From an uncultured Verrucomicrobiae bacterium (GTDB lineage: Bacteria; Verrucomicrobiota; Verrucomicrobiia; Chthoniobacterales; UBA10450), in assembly GCA_963726745.1 (NCBI GenBank), contig CAVSDR010000007.1, positions 1 to 64,000 of the forward strand: a stretch of DNA of 64,000 nucleotides. The letters run 5' to 3'. Below the pieces are notes generated by a model. That model saw nothing but the letters and a program-made list of their open reading frames with translations. It did no database searches and was not told where the DNA came from. The first letter of the stretch is position 1. Each line of letters opens with the position of its first letter. Made by a program: the position numbers and the translations under genes. Below are positions 35,406-45,358 of the stretch, piece by piece.

Positions 35406-35957
35406 TTAGAGACCGCGGCGCAGATCGGTGGCTAAAACCACCGGCGTTGGCAACTCCGTCTCGACGGAGCGACCCAGGAACTCGAGTAGCACCCGCACCC
35501 GTTCTTTGGCCGGCAAGACGCGCGTGACCAAAGCCTGCAAGCCTTGGAAAGGACCGCCGGTGATTTGAACTTCATCGCCGACTCGTATTTCCGGATCGAT
35601 CGTGATGATCTCCTGCTGCCCCGCAGTCTCCTTGAGGGCTGCCACCAGTGCCGGATCCAGCGTCGCGATTTGTTCCCCGAAGCGGAGGATCTTGTGAATC
35701 CCATGGGAATGCTCGGCCGCGCGGTGCTGGGTAGCGAAAACGAAGCGTCCGAAAAGATAACCGGGGAACATCGCTTCCACATACCAAATCTGCCCGCGCT
35801 GGGTGAGCTTGCGGAAGCGAAGACGGGGTGAAAAAGCCTCAATTTGCAGCTGTCGGCGGAGCGCTTCCGCCGCTAAATGTTCACGTTTCGGCGCTGCCTT
35901 GAGGCAGAACCAGAGCGGCTCCTCGATCTGGTTCAGCTGGGACAAGGAAAAAGTCAT
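35406..35957 (-). CDS. NusG/RfaH-family transcription antiterminator
   Basis: WFCL..PKREHLA, EAMFPGYLF (NGN domain) and GDEVQITGGPFQGL...ERVRVLLEFLGR (KOW). Confidence 0.9.
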   Translation of the reverse strand: MTFSLSQLNQIEEPLWFCLKAAPKREHLAAEALRRQLQIEAFSPRLRFRKLTQRGQIWYVEAMFPGYLFGRFVFATQHRAAEHSHGIHKILRFGEQIATLDPALVAALKETAGQQEIITIDPEIRVGDEVQITGGPFQGLQALVTRVLPAKERVRVLLEFLGRSVETELPTPVVLATDLRRGL

Positions 35958-36083
35958 GTTCGAGGGAATTGGCTGAAAGACCGCGGGACAAAACCCGGCT
36001 GAGGGTTGTCTGAAGCGAGCCGCCCCTGCAAACCTTTTTCTCCAGGAGCAGGAGGCATCAAATAAATCCGGGCCTCAAGGCAC

Positions 36084-36114
36084 AAAAAAACCGGGCGGGA
36101 TAATCCCGCCCGGT
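36084..36114 (-). terminator. Intrinsic terminator of the VPDSG-CTERM gene
   Basis: ACCGGGCGGGA-taa-TCCCGCCCGGT stem, followed on the minus strand by a T run. Confidence 0.85.
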
Positions 36115-36135
36115 CTTTGACGAAAGATTCGCGGC

Positions 36136-36723
36136 TTACCGCTTGCGGAACTTGCGGCGAAGTGTTTCCACTCCCGCCAGACCGAGTCCGAGGAGGCAAA
36201 CCGTAGCGCCACCGTCAGGAATCGCCTGGGTGCCGGCAGAGAAGGTGAACGCGGGATTCGGACCGCCCGAAGAAGGATCGTTCGCGGTGAACGTCCAAGT
36301 GCCAGACGTTGGCGTAAAACCGTTCCCGGTGATCACACCCATGCCGCTCACTGCAACGAAACCCGGACCTTGAGCAACGATCGATGAAAAGCTCAGATTA
36401 AACACGAAACCACCGACCGACCAAAAACCGGTAACCGCGCCCGAGTTAAAATTCCAAGGCGAAGCAAAACTGGCGATCGTCGAGGCGGGAATCCCGCTAA
36501 AGCTGCCGGAACTCGTCGTCACGAAAGGCGCGCCAGCTCCATTGAAGCCTGACCAGGAGGTCACCTGAGTCGCCGTGGCCGGGGTGCCGTTCAGTCGCAC
36601 CGTGCCCCCAAACGTGATGCTGCCAGTAACCGGGACAGCACTCGCAATGCTGCTAAAGCCGCAGAGCAAGAGACCTGCAACGCCGACGCTAAGCAATTTC
36701 CCGACGATTCTGTTTTTGTTCAT
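36136..36723 (-). CDS. VPDSG-CTERM (PEP-CTERM variant) sorted surface protein
   Basis: Signal peptide; Ser/Thr/Gly-rich body; C-terminal AIPDGGATVCLLGLGLAGVETLRRKFRKR (motif, transmembrane segment, basic tail). Confidence 0.92.
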   Translation of the reverse strand: MNKNRIVGKLLSVGVAGLLLCGFSSIASAVPVTGSITFGGTVRLNGTPATATQVTSWSGFNGAGAPFVTTSSGSFSGIPASTIASFASPWNFNSGAVTGFWSVGGFVFNLSFSSIVAQGPGFVAVSGMGVITGNGFTPTSGTWTFTANDPSSGGPNPAFTFSAGTQAIPDGGATVCLLGLGLAGVETLRRKFRKR

Positions 36724-36759
36724 TTGTTTTCCCGTAAGCACCGATTCGCAAACACTATT

Positions 36760-36775
36760 AGCACTCTGGATGCCA
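36760..36775 (-). promoter_or_regulatory. Candidate sigma-54 promoter of the VPDSG-CTERM gene
   Basis: Minus strand TGGCATCCAGAGTGCT, 36 bp before the ATG; AT-rich spacer upstream. Confidence 0.65.
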
Positions 36776-36872
36776 CCGCTGGGAGAGCATACGCAAGTGG
36801 CAACTATGGAGCAGTTTAAAGTTTTCTCTCATTTTAGATTTACGGCAGAGACCGTGTTTTCGTGCTGCAATG

Positions 36873-36889
36873 TGTTAAGAATTCCGACA
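36873..36889. promoter_or_regulatory. Candidate enhancer (PrsR-binding) site TGT-N11-ACA
   Basis: TGTTAAGAATTCCGACA, about 100 bp upstream of the -24 element. Confidence 0.45.
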
Positions 36890-36890
36890 A

Positions 36891-39800
36891 CTACTCCGCC
36901 GCCGCTTCCGCGATAGCTTGCCGCGCTTCCTCCGCCTGCGGCTCCTGCAAACCATCGGCCAAGGCCTTCTTCAAGGTGGCTAACCCCTGGTCCTGCTGCT
37001 TCGCCCCGATCTGCGCCATCCCCAAGTAGTATAGGCCTAGCGGATCGAGCGGCTGTTTGCGAGCACTCTGTTGGAGTTGCTGCACCGCCGGCGCAAACTC
37101 TTTCCGCTGGAAACTGATCTCCCCCAGGATTCTGCTGAGCGCGGCATCGTCCGAAAGCGTTTTACGGGCTTTTGTGGCCAGCTCCTGCGCCTTCGTCAGC
37201 ATGGCCGGATCTTCGACGTAAATCCCAGCCAAATCCCGCTGCGCGGGGGCGAAGTCCGGAAAGCGCGCGAGAATGCGACCGTAGATTTCCGCCGCTGCTT
37301 TTGCATCGGCTTTCCTTTCACTTGCAGCACGCACCATAAGCGCAGGGACGTCTTCGGGGTCCGACTCAAGTCGCTGTCTAACCGCCGGATCGTCAAGGGA
37401 GTGCGCCGAGGGCTGCTCCACGAGTTCGCCGAAAGTTTTCGCATCGGCTGCGAGCGGCGAATCCGGCTCCAGGCTGGCGACCTTCTCCATCGCGTCGGCG
37501 GCCTCGCGGATCTTCCCAAGGCTGTAGGCTGCCCAGGCGTATTGATGCTGGAGCGTGGCATCATCCGGAGACTGGCGCACGCTCTCTTGCAGGAGACTGT
37601 GCGCCCAAGTGAAATTTCCGTTCTGGTAAGCGACCCGCCCGAGCACGCTCGCGACTTGCGGATCCCTCGGCGCCAGCTCCCGCGCTTTCTTGGCCCACTC
37701 CAAAGCTTTCTCTTGGTTGTGCAATGGCCCGCTGTGCAACTCGACCAGCTTTACCGCCGCAGCGACGAGTTTGGGATTGATCTTCAAGACCGCCTCGTAG
37801 GCCGCCACGGCTTTCGCCGGCTCGCCTTTGCGCTCGTAGGTTTCAGCCAATCGGGTGGCTGTTACGAGATCGTTTGGTTGCTTGCGCAGCGCCTCTTCGA
37901 GGTCCTCGGGCGTGACCGATTCCGGCAAGGCTCCGCCCTGCTCGATATTGGCCAGGCGCTGCCGCGCGTCCTCTTTGCCCTCGAACTCCGCGGGCGCCGC
38001 GACCGCCTGCCCGAGGGCTTTGCGAGCCAGGTCCTTGTCGCCCATCATGTAAGCGGTCATCCCGAGGTGGAATTGCACCTCGGGCACATCCGGCAGTTTC
38101 CCCGCGGCTTCCTGCAGCAACCCGATCGCCTGCTGATAATCGCCCGCACGATAGAGCGCCCAGCCGAGCGTGTCGGCCACTGAACCATCGGTCGGTTGCA
38201 AAGTTCGCGCTTTGCGCGCCGTTTCCACCGCCTGCTGCGGGAGGTTCAACCGCTCCGAGTAAAGGTAGGCCAGATTGTTTAACGCCGGGGCCGCATCCGG
38301 CTTGATCGCGAGCAATTTCTCGTAGGCTTCGCGAGCTTTCTCGTAATTCTTCATCTTCTCCTGCGTCATCCCGAGCATCAGCAGCATCGGAGTGTTATTC
38401 GGCGACTTCGCGACCACTTTCTCGAGTTCCGCGACCGCCTCCGGCAACCGCTCGGTCGCCATGTAGGCGGCGGTCAGGAGCTCGTAAGCCGTGGTCAAGT
38501 TGCCGTCTAATTCCAGCGCCTTACGCAGCGCTGCTTCGGCCTCGGGGATTTGCTCCTGCGCCAGATGGATTTTTCCCTTCGCGAGGTACATCGCGGCGGA
38601 ATTGGGATATTTCTCGATCTGCTGCTGCGCGGTTTGCAAAGCGCCGGCAAAATCCTTTCGCGCGGTCTGCACCGCGATCAACTGCTCGGCGGCCATCGTG
38701 CTCGACGGCATCAACTCAAGCGCTTTCTCCAGCGCTGCCTGCGCTTCTTCGAGCTTGTTCTGTTGCGCCAGAATGATCCCGAGCCCGAGATGCGCCGAGG
38801 CCGATTGACGCGGATCGGCGATCTGCTGGCGGAAAATTTCCACCGCCTGGTCGAGCTTGCCGAGCCCGCGGTAGCCATCCACCAGGAGGAGCTGCGCGCG
38901 GGGCAATTGCGGGGCCTTCTTGACCAGGTCTTCCATCGCGTTCACCACCGCCTGGAAGTCGCCATTGCGCAGGTTAATCTCCGCCAGGAGCAGCACCGCA
39001 TCGTGCAAATTCGGGTTCTCCGAAATTAACTGATTCAAGACCGCGCTCGCGCCGGGCAGATCGTTATTCAACATCTGCGCGCGGGCCAGCTCCAGCTGGA
39101 TCGCCGGGACCTTGGGGTAGATTTTGTCCAGGCGTTGCAGGTTTTGCACTGCCTTGGCGGCGTCGCCCATGGCGATCAAAACCTGCGCCTCAAGCAGCCG
39201 CACTTCCGGGTTATCCGGGTCGAGCGCGAGCGCCTGCTGGATCGATTTCATGGCCTCGTCGTTCCGGCGCTGTGCGAAATCCATTTGCGCCAGCGCCCGC
39301 CAGGCGGGGATTAAATCCGGCGCCTGCGCCAGCACTCCGCGAAGGTATTCCATCGCCCCTGCCGGATCGCCCGCGTTCGCTTGGAATTCGGCAAACTTCA
39401 GCCGCTCGGGCGAACGCGCGGACGCGAGTTCCGCGGCCTGCTGGAACTCCGGGCCGGCCTTCGCAAAATCGCGCCGCAGCATCTGCAAGCCCGCCATCGC
39501 GGAATGCGCCAGGGGCAGTTTTGGATCGAGCGCCTGCGCCTCCCGCAACGCCGCCTCGGCCGCGGGCGCGTCTCCTTTGCGCAGGGCCAGCGAAGCGATC
39601 GCCACCTGGTAGCGCGCGTTCTCCTTGTTTGGGAATTTCTGCAATGCCTCCTCGAGCAAACCCAAATCTTCCGGCCGCCAGATGGTGTCCGCTAAAAGGA
39701 CCAGCGCCTCGGCGTTATCCGGCTGCAGTTGCAAGGCCGCGAGAACGTCCTGTTGCGCGCTGGCAATGTCGCCGACGGCCGCGAAAACCCGCGCCATTTT

Positions 39801-40106
39801 CATCCGCACTTCCGGGTCTTTCGGCGCCAACTCTTTCGCGCGTGCGAAGAACGGCCCAGCCCGCAGCGGCGCCCCCTGCTCCATCCACATCGAACCGATT
39901 GCCTTGAAGGCGGCAAGATTCTGCGGGTCCGACCGCAAAACGTTGAGATATTCAATCTTCGCCTTCTCGAAATTTCCTTCCTTGAGGAAACTTTCCGCGC
40001 GGCGCTGGTGGCGCGCCCTCCGCATCTCCGCGGTGCAACCCACTGCGCAGACGCTCACTAGCAAGAGCGCGACCAATGGAATGCCGTGTTTTCGCACCTT
40101 CGTCAT
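36891..40106 (-). CDS. TPR-repeat lipoprotein, PrsT-like
   Basis: 1071 aa, lipobox AVGC, tandem TPRs (ALNNLAYLY, ADTLGWALY); follows prsK-prsR. Confidence 0.88.
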   Translation of the reverse strand: MTKVRKHGIPLVALLLVSVCAVGCTAEMRRARHQRRAESFLKEGNFEKAKIEYLNVLRSDPQNLAAFKAIGSMWMEQGAPLRAGPFFARAKELAPKDPEVRMKMARVFAAVGDIASAQQDVLAALQLQPDNAEALVLLADTIWRPEDLGLLEEALQKFPNKENARYQVAIASLALRKGDAPAAEAALREAQALDPKLPLAHSAMAGLQMLRRDFAKAGPEFQQAAELASARSPERLKFAEFQANAGDPAGAMEYLRGVLAQAPDLIPAWRALAQMDFAQRRNDEAMKSIQQALALDPDNPEVRLLEAQVLIAMGDAAKAVQNLQRLDKIYPKVPAIQLELARAQMLNNDLPGASAVLNQLISENPNLHDAVLLLAEINLRNGDFQAVVNAMEDLVKKAPQLPRAQLLLVDGYRGLGKLDQAVEIFRQQIADPRQSASAHLGLGIILAQQNKLEEAQAALEKALELMPSSTMAAEQLIAVQTARKDFAGALQTAQQQIEKYPNSAAMYLAKGKIHLAQEQIPEAEAALRKALELDGNLTTAYELLTAAYMATERLPEAVAELEKVVAKSPNNTPMLLMLGMTQEKMKNYEKAREAYEKLLAIKPDAAPALNNLAYLYSERLNLPQQAVETARKARTLQPTDGSVADTLGWALYRAGDYQQAIGLLQEAAGKLPDVPEVQFHLGMTAYMMGDKDLARKALGQAVAAPAEFEGKEDARQRLANIEQGGALPESVTPEDLEEALRKQPNDLVTATRLAETYERKGEPAKAVAAYEAVLKINPKLVAAAVKLVELHSGPLHNQEKALEWAKKARELAPRDPQVASVLGRVAYQNGNFTWAHSLLQESVRQSPDDATLQHQYAWAAYSLGKIREAADAMEKVASLEPDSPLAADAKTFGELVEQPSAHSLDDPAVRQRLESDPEDVPALMVRAASERKADAKAAAEIYGRILARFPDFAPAQRDLAGIYVEDPAMLTKAQELATKARKTLSDDAALSRILGEISFQRKEFAPAVQQLQQSARKQPLDPLGLYYLGMAQIGAKQQDQGLATLKKALADGLQEPQAEEARQAIAEAAAE

Positions 40107-40148
40107 ACTTCGAGATACGGAAATCGGCCCCGTTAGGCCAGACCAACT

Positions 40149-41519
40149 TTAGCCAGCGACTTCCGAAGACTTCTTCGGGATGCCGAGTTTTTCCATCAAC
40201 TCGTAGAGCGTCGGGCGGCTGATGCCGAGCTCCGCCGCGGCCGAGCTGATGCGCCCGAGATGACGCTGCAACGTTTGCTGCACCAGTTCCTTTTCCACGT
40301 TCTCGCGCGCTTCGCGCAAGGTCAGGCTGGGCGAGCCGCCGCGGGTGTCGTTTAACTCCAGATCCGTCTCGGTGATCCGCCGGCTATCGGCCATGATCAC
40401 CGCGCGTTTGATCCGGTTTTGCAGCTCGCGCACGTTTCCCGGCCAGGGGTGGCAATTGATCGCGCGCAAAGCTTCCGGCGCGAAGGTCAGGTTTGTCTTC
40501 CCGTTCTGCACCGCGTAACGCTGGAGGAATTCCCGCGCGAGCACGCCGGTGTCTTCACCCCGTTCGCGCAACGGCGGAAGCTTGATCACGACCACCGCCA
40601 GCCGGAAATACAGGTCCTCGCGAAATTTCCCGTCCGTGATCGCTTGCTGCAGGTCGACGTTCGTCGCCGCGATCACGCGCGCGTCGCTCACCATCTCCTG
40701 CCGCCCGCCCACGCGCGAGAAGCGCTGCTCCTGGAGAAAGCGGAGCAATTTAACCTGCACATTCGACGGCAGCTCCCCGATCTCGTCGAGGAATAACGAG
40801 CCGCCCGCCGCGGTTTCAATCAACCCTTTCCGCTGCATGTGCGCGCCGGTGAAGGCGCCTTTCTCGTGGCCAAAAAGTTCGCTCTCGAGCAGATTTTCCG
40901 GGATCGCGTTGCAATTGATCGCGATGAACGGCCCATCCTTCCGCGGGCTGCGCCGATGGATCGCAAGCGCCGCCATCTCCTTCCCGGTCCCGCTTTCGCC
41001 GAGCAATAAAACCGGCGCGCTCGCGGCCGCGACCTTGCGGATAAAGGAAAACACGCCCTGCATCTGCGAGCTCGCCCCGATCATCTCCTCGAAGGTGTCG
41101 CCGCGGGAATTTGCCTGCAGCTTGCGATACTCCGCTTCCAGCTCGGCCACGTAAATGCAGCGACGCAGGAGGAGCTTCAGCTCGTCCATTTCCACCGGCT
41201 TGCAGAGGAAGTCGTAGGCGCCGGCGCCCACCGCCTCGAGCGCGTTTTTCTTGTCACCCTGCCCGCTGATCACGATCACCTTGGCCGCGCTGTCGAGCGT
41301 GAGAATGTCGCCTAAAGTGGCGAGCCCTTCCTCGATCTCGTTTGGCTTCGGCGGCAAGCCCAAGTCGAGCAACACCGCCACCGGTTTGTGTTCGCGGAAG
41401 CCTTGCACGGCCGAGATCCGATCCTCGGCGAAGACCACCTCGTAGTCGGCCGCGAGGGCCCACTTCATCTGCGTGCGGATTTCCTCGTCGTCGTCGACGA
41501 TCAAGAGCGTGGCTTTCAT
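40149..41519 (-). CDS. prsR: PEP-CTERM-box sigma-54-dependent response regulator
   Basis: Receiver domain [31 protein letters not shown] and WPGNVREL; Fis-type [12 protein letters not shown]. Confidence 0.92.
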   Translation of the reverse strand: MKATLLIVDDDEEIRTQMKWALAADYEVVFAEDRISAVQGFREHKPVAVLLDLGLPPKPNEIEEGLATLGDILTLDSAAKVIVISGQGDKKNALEAVGAGAYDFLCKPVEMDELKLLLRRCIYVAELEAEYRKLQANSRGDTFEEMIGASSQMQGVFSFIRKVAAASAPVLLLGESGTGKEMAALAIHRRSPRKDGPFIAINCNAIPENLLESELFGHEKGAFTGAHMQRKGLIETAAGGSLFLDEIGELPSNVQVKLLRFLQEQRFSRVGGRQEMVSDARVIAATNVDLQQAITDGKFREDLYFRLAVVVIKLPPLRERGEDTGVLAREFLQRYAVQNGKTNLTFAPEALRAINCHPWPGNVRELQNRIKRAVIMADSRRITETDLELNDTRGGSPSLTLREARENVEKELVQQTLQRHLGRISSAAAELGISRPTLYELMEKLGIPKKSSEVAG

Positions 41520-43627
41520 ACGGTCGCGGAATTCAAAGGTAGTGAAATTTTAAAGGTCGTCCCCCGGCCCACGTCACTCGTGACGGAGATTTTTCCCCCG
41601 TGGGCTTCCACGATCATCTTCGATTGGAACATCCCAATCCCAAGCCCCTTCTTCTTCGTGGTGCAAAATGGCCGAAAGAGTGAATTGCGCAAAAAGGCCG
41701 CGCTCATCCCGCACCCGTCGTCGCTCACCACCAGCGTCGCCCAGGCATCGCGCTGGGTTGTCTGCACGGTCACGGTCCCCTTCCCCGCGACCGCGTCGCG
41801 CGCATTAAGCAGCAGATTGGTCACGACACTTTGCATTTGCTGGCGATCCGCGAGCACGCGTGGGAGCGGCCCGAGCTCGCGCACCACTTGCACGGCGGCG
41901 CCGTTGAGCGCCTCGAGCGCTTCCTCGATCACATGGTTCAAGTCGAACTCGACTGGGTTGACCGCCAGCTTTTGCCGCACCACTCCCAGGCTGGCGATGA
42001 GCTGGTTGATCCGGTCCGCCGTGCGGCCAATCCCGCGCAGTGCGTCCTCGCGAAAAGCCGGGTCGTTGAAATGCACCGGCAAGTTCTGGCACATGAGCGT
42101 GAGCGTGGACGCGGCGTTCTTCAAGTCGTGCACGAAGAAGGTCGACATCGTCTGGAAGGCTTCGAGTTCCTTTCCCAGCATCACCTCCTCCGTCAGCCGC
42201 AGGTTCAACAAATTCGCCGCTACCTGGTCGCCGATGCACTTCAGCAAATCGAACTCCTCCATGCTGTAGGGCAAACCGTTCACCCGGTCCGCCAGGACCA
42301 TGAATCCCAGCGGCTGCTCGCCGGCAATCAACGGCACGCAAATGCGATCGCCTCCTTTCTGGAATTGCGGGCGCGTGGCCGCGCGCAACGCCTCCGCCCA
42401 AGTCCCGCGCGCGGTTTCCAGGTCAAACGGCTGACTCGTTAGGCCAGGATCGGGCAGCGCCAGCTCCATGCTCGCGCTTTCGCCCTCGGCCGCGGGCGTA
42501 TATTCCTGCGCGGAGCGCGCGGTCGAAGCCGCGAGGATCGCTTTCTCGCCCCGCGCTTCCCACAGCCACACGCTCACCGAGAGCGCATCGAAAGTCTCCG
42601 AGGTCAGCTTCGCGGCCGCGGCACAAAGCGCCGGCTGGTCCAGGAGGTTGCCCGTGCTGCTGGTGAAGCGGCTCCAGATTTTGCGGAAGTCGTGCTGCGG
42701 CCGCTGAAAGTGCCGGCTAATAAATCGCCCGATGACCTGCCGCAGCCGGTCGGATAAGAGTAGCGCCGCGAGCAGCGCGATCCCGAAGAGGATCAGCACC
42801 GCCTGTAGTTGAAAGTTCTTCGCCTCGCGAGTGCGCGCGACGATCTGCGCGAGCACGCCGACGACGAAAAGATACGCGCCCACGAAGACGACCGTGAACG
42901 AGGTGTGCAGCGCCGCGCGCGAGGGATAGATATCGATCTCGCCAAAGCCGCCACGCAGGTAACCGACGACGATGAAGCTGCACCCGATGAGCAGCGCCGC
43001 GGCTTCGATTCCCGAGCCGGTGATCGTGTCCGAGCCGTAGATCAACGCCTGGCTGCGGGTGAAAATGCGCGCGCCGAAGAGGACGGCTAAACCCAGGACG
43101 ACGAACTTGACCCGCCACTGAATTGTCCCCACGGCCGCGCGGAAGGTGCGCTCGAGATTCATCAGGATCATGACCCACGAGACCAGGAGGAAACCCGAGA
43201 GCACCTTCGCCGGGGTGGCGTAGCCGATCAGCCAGACATTGATCGAATCCGACGGTCGCAGGTCGACCAGCGCGCCGTGATAAACCACCCCGAAGGCCAC
43301 CGGCACGAGCAACACCACCGCCAGCAGCCCGTAGGAGCGATGGAGGAATTCCCGGTAATTCCCGCGCGAATACGTCAGGCTAAAGCAAAGCCAAAAGGCC
43401 GGCAGTGCCGACTTCACCAGGAGGAGCGTCGCCTGCCAGAATTCCACCCGGTCCGAGAGCACCTGCCGAAAGGCGATAATGCTGACGACGTTCTCCGCCG
43501 CCAGCAGCAGCATGCCGAAGAAGAACGACCAGGCCGCGACCGAAACGCGCCGCCGCAAGGGTACAGCCAGGGCCAGGCAGACGGCAAAGATCGCCGCCGC
43601 CGAGGAGAGATAAAAGTGCACTCTCAC
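41516..43627 (-). CDS. prsK: PEP-CTERM system histidine kinase
   Basis: Multi-TM N-terminus, GAF-like region, FFVHDLKN H-box, NLLLNA and TTKKKGLGIG. Confidence 0.92.
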   Translation of the reverse strand: MRVHFYLSSAAAIFAVCLALAVPLRRRVSVAAWSFFFGMLLLAAENVVSIIAFRQVLSDRVEFWQATLLLVKSALPAFWLCFSLTYSRGNYREFLHRSYGLLAVVLLVPVAFGVVYHGALVDLRPSDSINVWLIGYATPAKVLSGFLLVSWVMILMNLERTFRAAVGTIQWRVKFVVLGLAVLFGARIFTRSQALIYGSDTITGSGIEAAALLIGCSFIVVGYLRGGFGEIDIYPSRAALHTSFTVVFVGAYLFVVGVLAQIVARTREAKNFQLQAVLILFGIALLAALLLSDRLRQVIGRFISRHFQRPQHDFRKIWSRFTSSTGNLLDQPALCAAAAKLTSETFDALSVSVWLWEARGEKAILAASTARSAQEYTPAAEGESASMELALPDPGLTSQPFDLETARGTWAEALRAATRPQFQKGGDRICVPLIAGEQPLGFMVLADRVNGLPYSMEEFDLLKCIGDQVAANLLNLRLTEEVMLGKELEAFQTMSTFFVHDLKNAASTLTLMCQNLPVHFNDPAFREDALRGIGRTADRINQLIASLGVVRQKLAVNPVEFDLNHVIEEALEALNGAAVQVVRELGPLPRVLADRQQMQSVVTNLLLNARDAVAGKGTVTVQTTQRDAWATLVVSDDGCGMSAAFLRNSLFRPFCTTKKKGLGIGMFQSKMIVEAHGGKISVTSDVGRGTTFKISLPLNSATV

Positions 43628-43709
43628 GTCGTTGGAGTTTTAGCCAGCGCGCTCTGGGAAGCCCGCGCGCCCGATTTTGCCGGAAGACGCCCGGCAAACT
43701 CGCACCGCC

Positions 43710-44318
43710 TCAAAACGCGCTCTGCGGCACCTGGATGATGTCGCCATTCTTCACGTAGAACGCTTCCGTCGTCCGGCCCGCGAGGATGGGGCGCAGGTCA
43801 AGCATTTGCGTCCGTTGGACCCCATCGGAAATGCGGATGAGATGCACGCGCCGGAGATTCCCAAACTGATTCACGCCGCCAGCTTCCATGATCGCCTGCA
43901 GCACGGTCGTAGGCCGGTCAAAAGTGAGCTTGCCGGGCGTGCGCACCGAGCCGGAGACGTAGACCTGGATGGCTGCGCTCTCGAGCGTCACGACGACGTC
44001 GGGATTGTTAATCTGCCCGCGGTAGAGCGCTTTGATCTCGGCCTGGAATTGCCGCAGCGTTTTACCCGACGCTTTCACTTCGCCCACCTGCGGAAGATTC
44101 AAGCGACCATCGGCACGGATCTTCTGGGAAAGATTCATTTCCGGCGCGGTCGTGAAGGAAATTTTGATCACGTCGCCGGGCCCGAGCACCGTCGGCGTGG
44201 AGGCGGTCACCGGCTCGACCATGCCGGTGCGGCGGCCGCTGCTGCAGCCCGCGAGCGTCCAGAGAGAGAGCGCAAGCAAGGCAAGGAAAAGGGGAAGGCG
44301 CAGGGATCGAGGATTCAT
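43710..44318 (-). CDS. Polysaccharide export lipoprotein (Wza/SLBB family)
   Basis: Lipobox LAGC; LGPGDVIKI, IRADGRLNLPQVGEV, VYVSGSVRTPG and LQAIMEAGG. Confidence 0.9.
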   Translation of the reverse strand: MNPRSLRLPLFLALLALSLWTLAGCSSGRRTGMVEPVTASTPTVLGPGDVIKISFTTAPEMNLSQKIRADGRLNLPQVGEVKASGKTLRQFQAEIKALYRGQINNPDVVVTLESAAIQVYVSGSVRTPGKLTFDRPTTVLQAIMEAGGVNQFGNLRRVHLIRISDGVQRTQMLDLRPILAGRTTEAFYVKNGDIIQVPQSAF

Positions 44319-44401
44319 TTTAGGTGAGATTTTCAGAAGAGAGAGCAGCCATCCAAGTAAGACCATAAACCCGCGGAAACGTAAACAGGGAAGGCGGCGG
44401 G

Positions 44402-45358
44402 CTAAGCTGGCGGCTTCGATGCAGCCTTCGCGGCCCCGCGTTGTTCCATCCAGCGCAGCCACCACAGAAAGAGAAATAGCGGCACCAGCGAGAGGACAAA
44501 GAAGACCGGCCCGCCGCGACGGTGAATCACGCTGTCGATCATCTGCGGCCCGTACTCCGCGCAAAGCCAGCCAATCACCCCGATGCGGAAGCCATTCCGG
44601 ATGATTCCCAAGGGAATAACAAACACCACCAGCAACGTGCGCCGCCAGTTCGAGCGCAGGAAAAGATGCGCCGCCAGCAGGCTGGTGATGAACAAGACCC
44701 AGCTCGACCTGATCCCGCTGCACTCCTGCGCCACCTCGATCAAAATACCCGGCAACTTGAAGAACAACCCTTCGCGCAGAAACGGCACGCCGCCGAAGTT
44801 AAAGAACATCTCCGCCGCCCCTGCCGATGCTACCTTGGAGGCCGTTTCCAACGCCGCGGCCATCCCGTCCGGCATCGGCACGAGGAAAATGAGGAAGAAC
44901 ACCGGGAAGGCCGCCGCTTTCATCCAGCGCCAGCCGAGGAGGAGAAAACTCCCGGCCCAAAGCAGGCAAAGGAATACACCCGCCATCAACGCAAGGTAGT
45001 CGTTTAAGGAGAGCGACGCGGCCAGGCGCTGCGCTTCGAATAGCAGCCCGCCACCCGCCAGCACGAGTAAGCCAGCCGGAACAAATGCCGGGCGCCCGGC
45101 CTCCGGCAATTCCCGCCACCCGATCGCCAGGAGGTAACCGGAAATGAAAGGAATCAGGACAATGTGCGAATGGAGATCATTTCCCAGGGCATGCGTCACC
45201 AGCGTGCTCAGCGGGCGAAAGAATGCCGCCGCTAAAAGCAGGACATAACCGGCAGCCAACCAAAGCCGGAGATTAGCCGGCGCTTTCGCCAAACTCGTCG
45301 GCGGAAGATCTCCCGGGCCCGGTGCCACTGGCTTGCTCGCAATTTCTGATTGGCTCAT
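44402..45358 (-). CDS. Exosortase (VPDSG-CTERM-associated, XrtC-like)
   Basis: Multi-TM; SHIVLIPFIS, VAQECSGIRS (catalytic Cys), IRNGFRI (Arg) and IHRRGG (His). Confidence 0.92.
   Translation of the reverse strand: MSQSEIASKPVAPGPGDLPPTSLAKAPANLRLWLAAGYVLLLAAAFFRPLSTLVTHALGNDLHSHIVLIPFISGYLLAIGWRELPEAGRPAFVPAGLLVLAGGGLLFEAQRLAASLSLNDYLALMAGVFLCLLWAGSFLLLGWRWMKAAAFPVFFLIFLVPMPDGMAAALETASKVASAGAAEMFFNFGGVPFLREGLFFKLPGILIEVAQECSGIRSSWVLFITSLLAAHLFLRSNWRRTLLVVFVIPLGIIRNGFRIGVIGWLCAEYGPQMIDSVIHRRGGPVFFVLSLVPLFLFLWWLRWMEQRGAAKAASKPPA

Noticed and set aside
32057..38183. Long antisense ORFs (e.g. 32057-33088, 34090-34998, 37071-38183)
   Set aside because: Shadow ORFs of real genes in GC-rich DNA; Arg/Ala-rich with no motifs.
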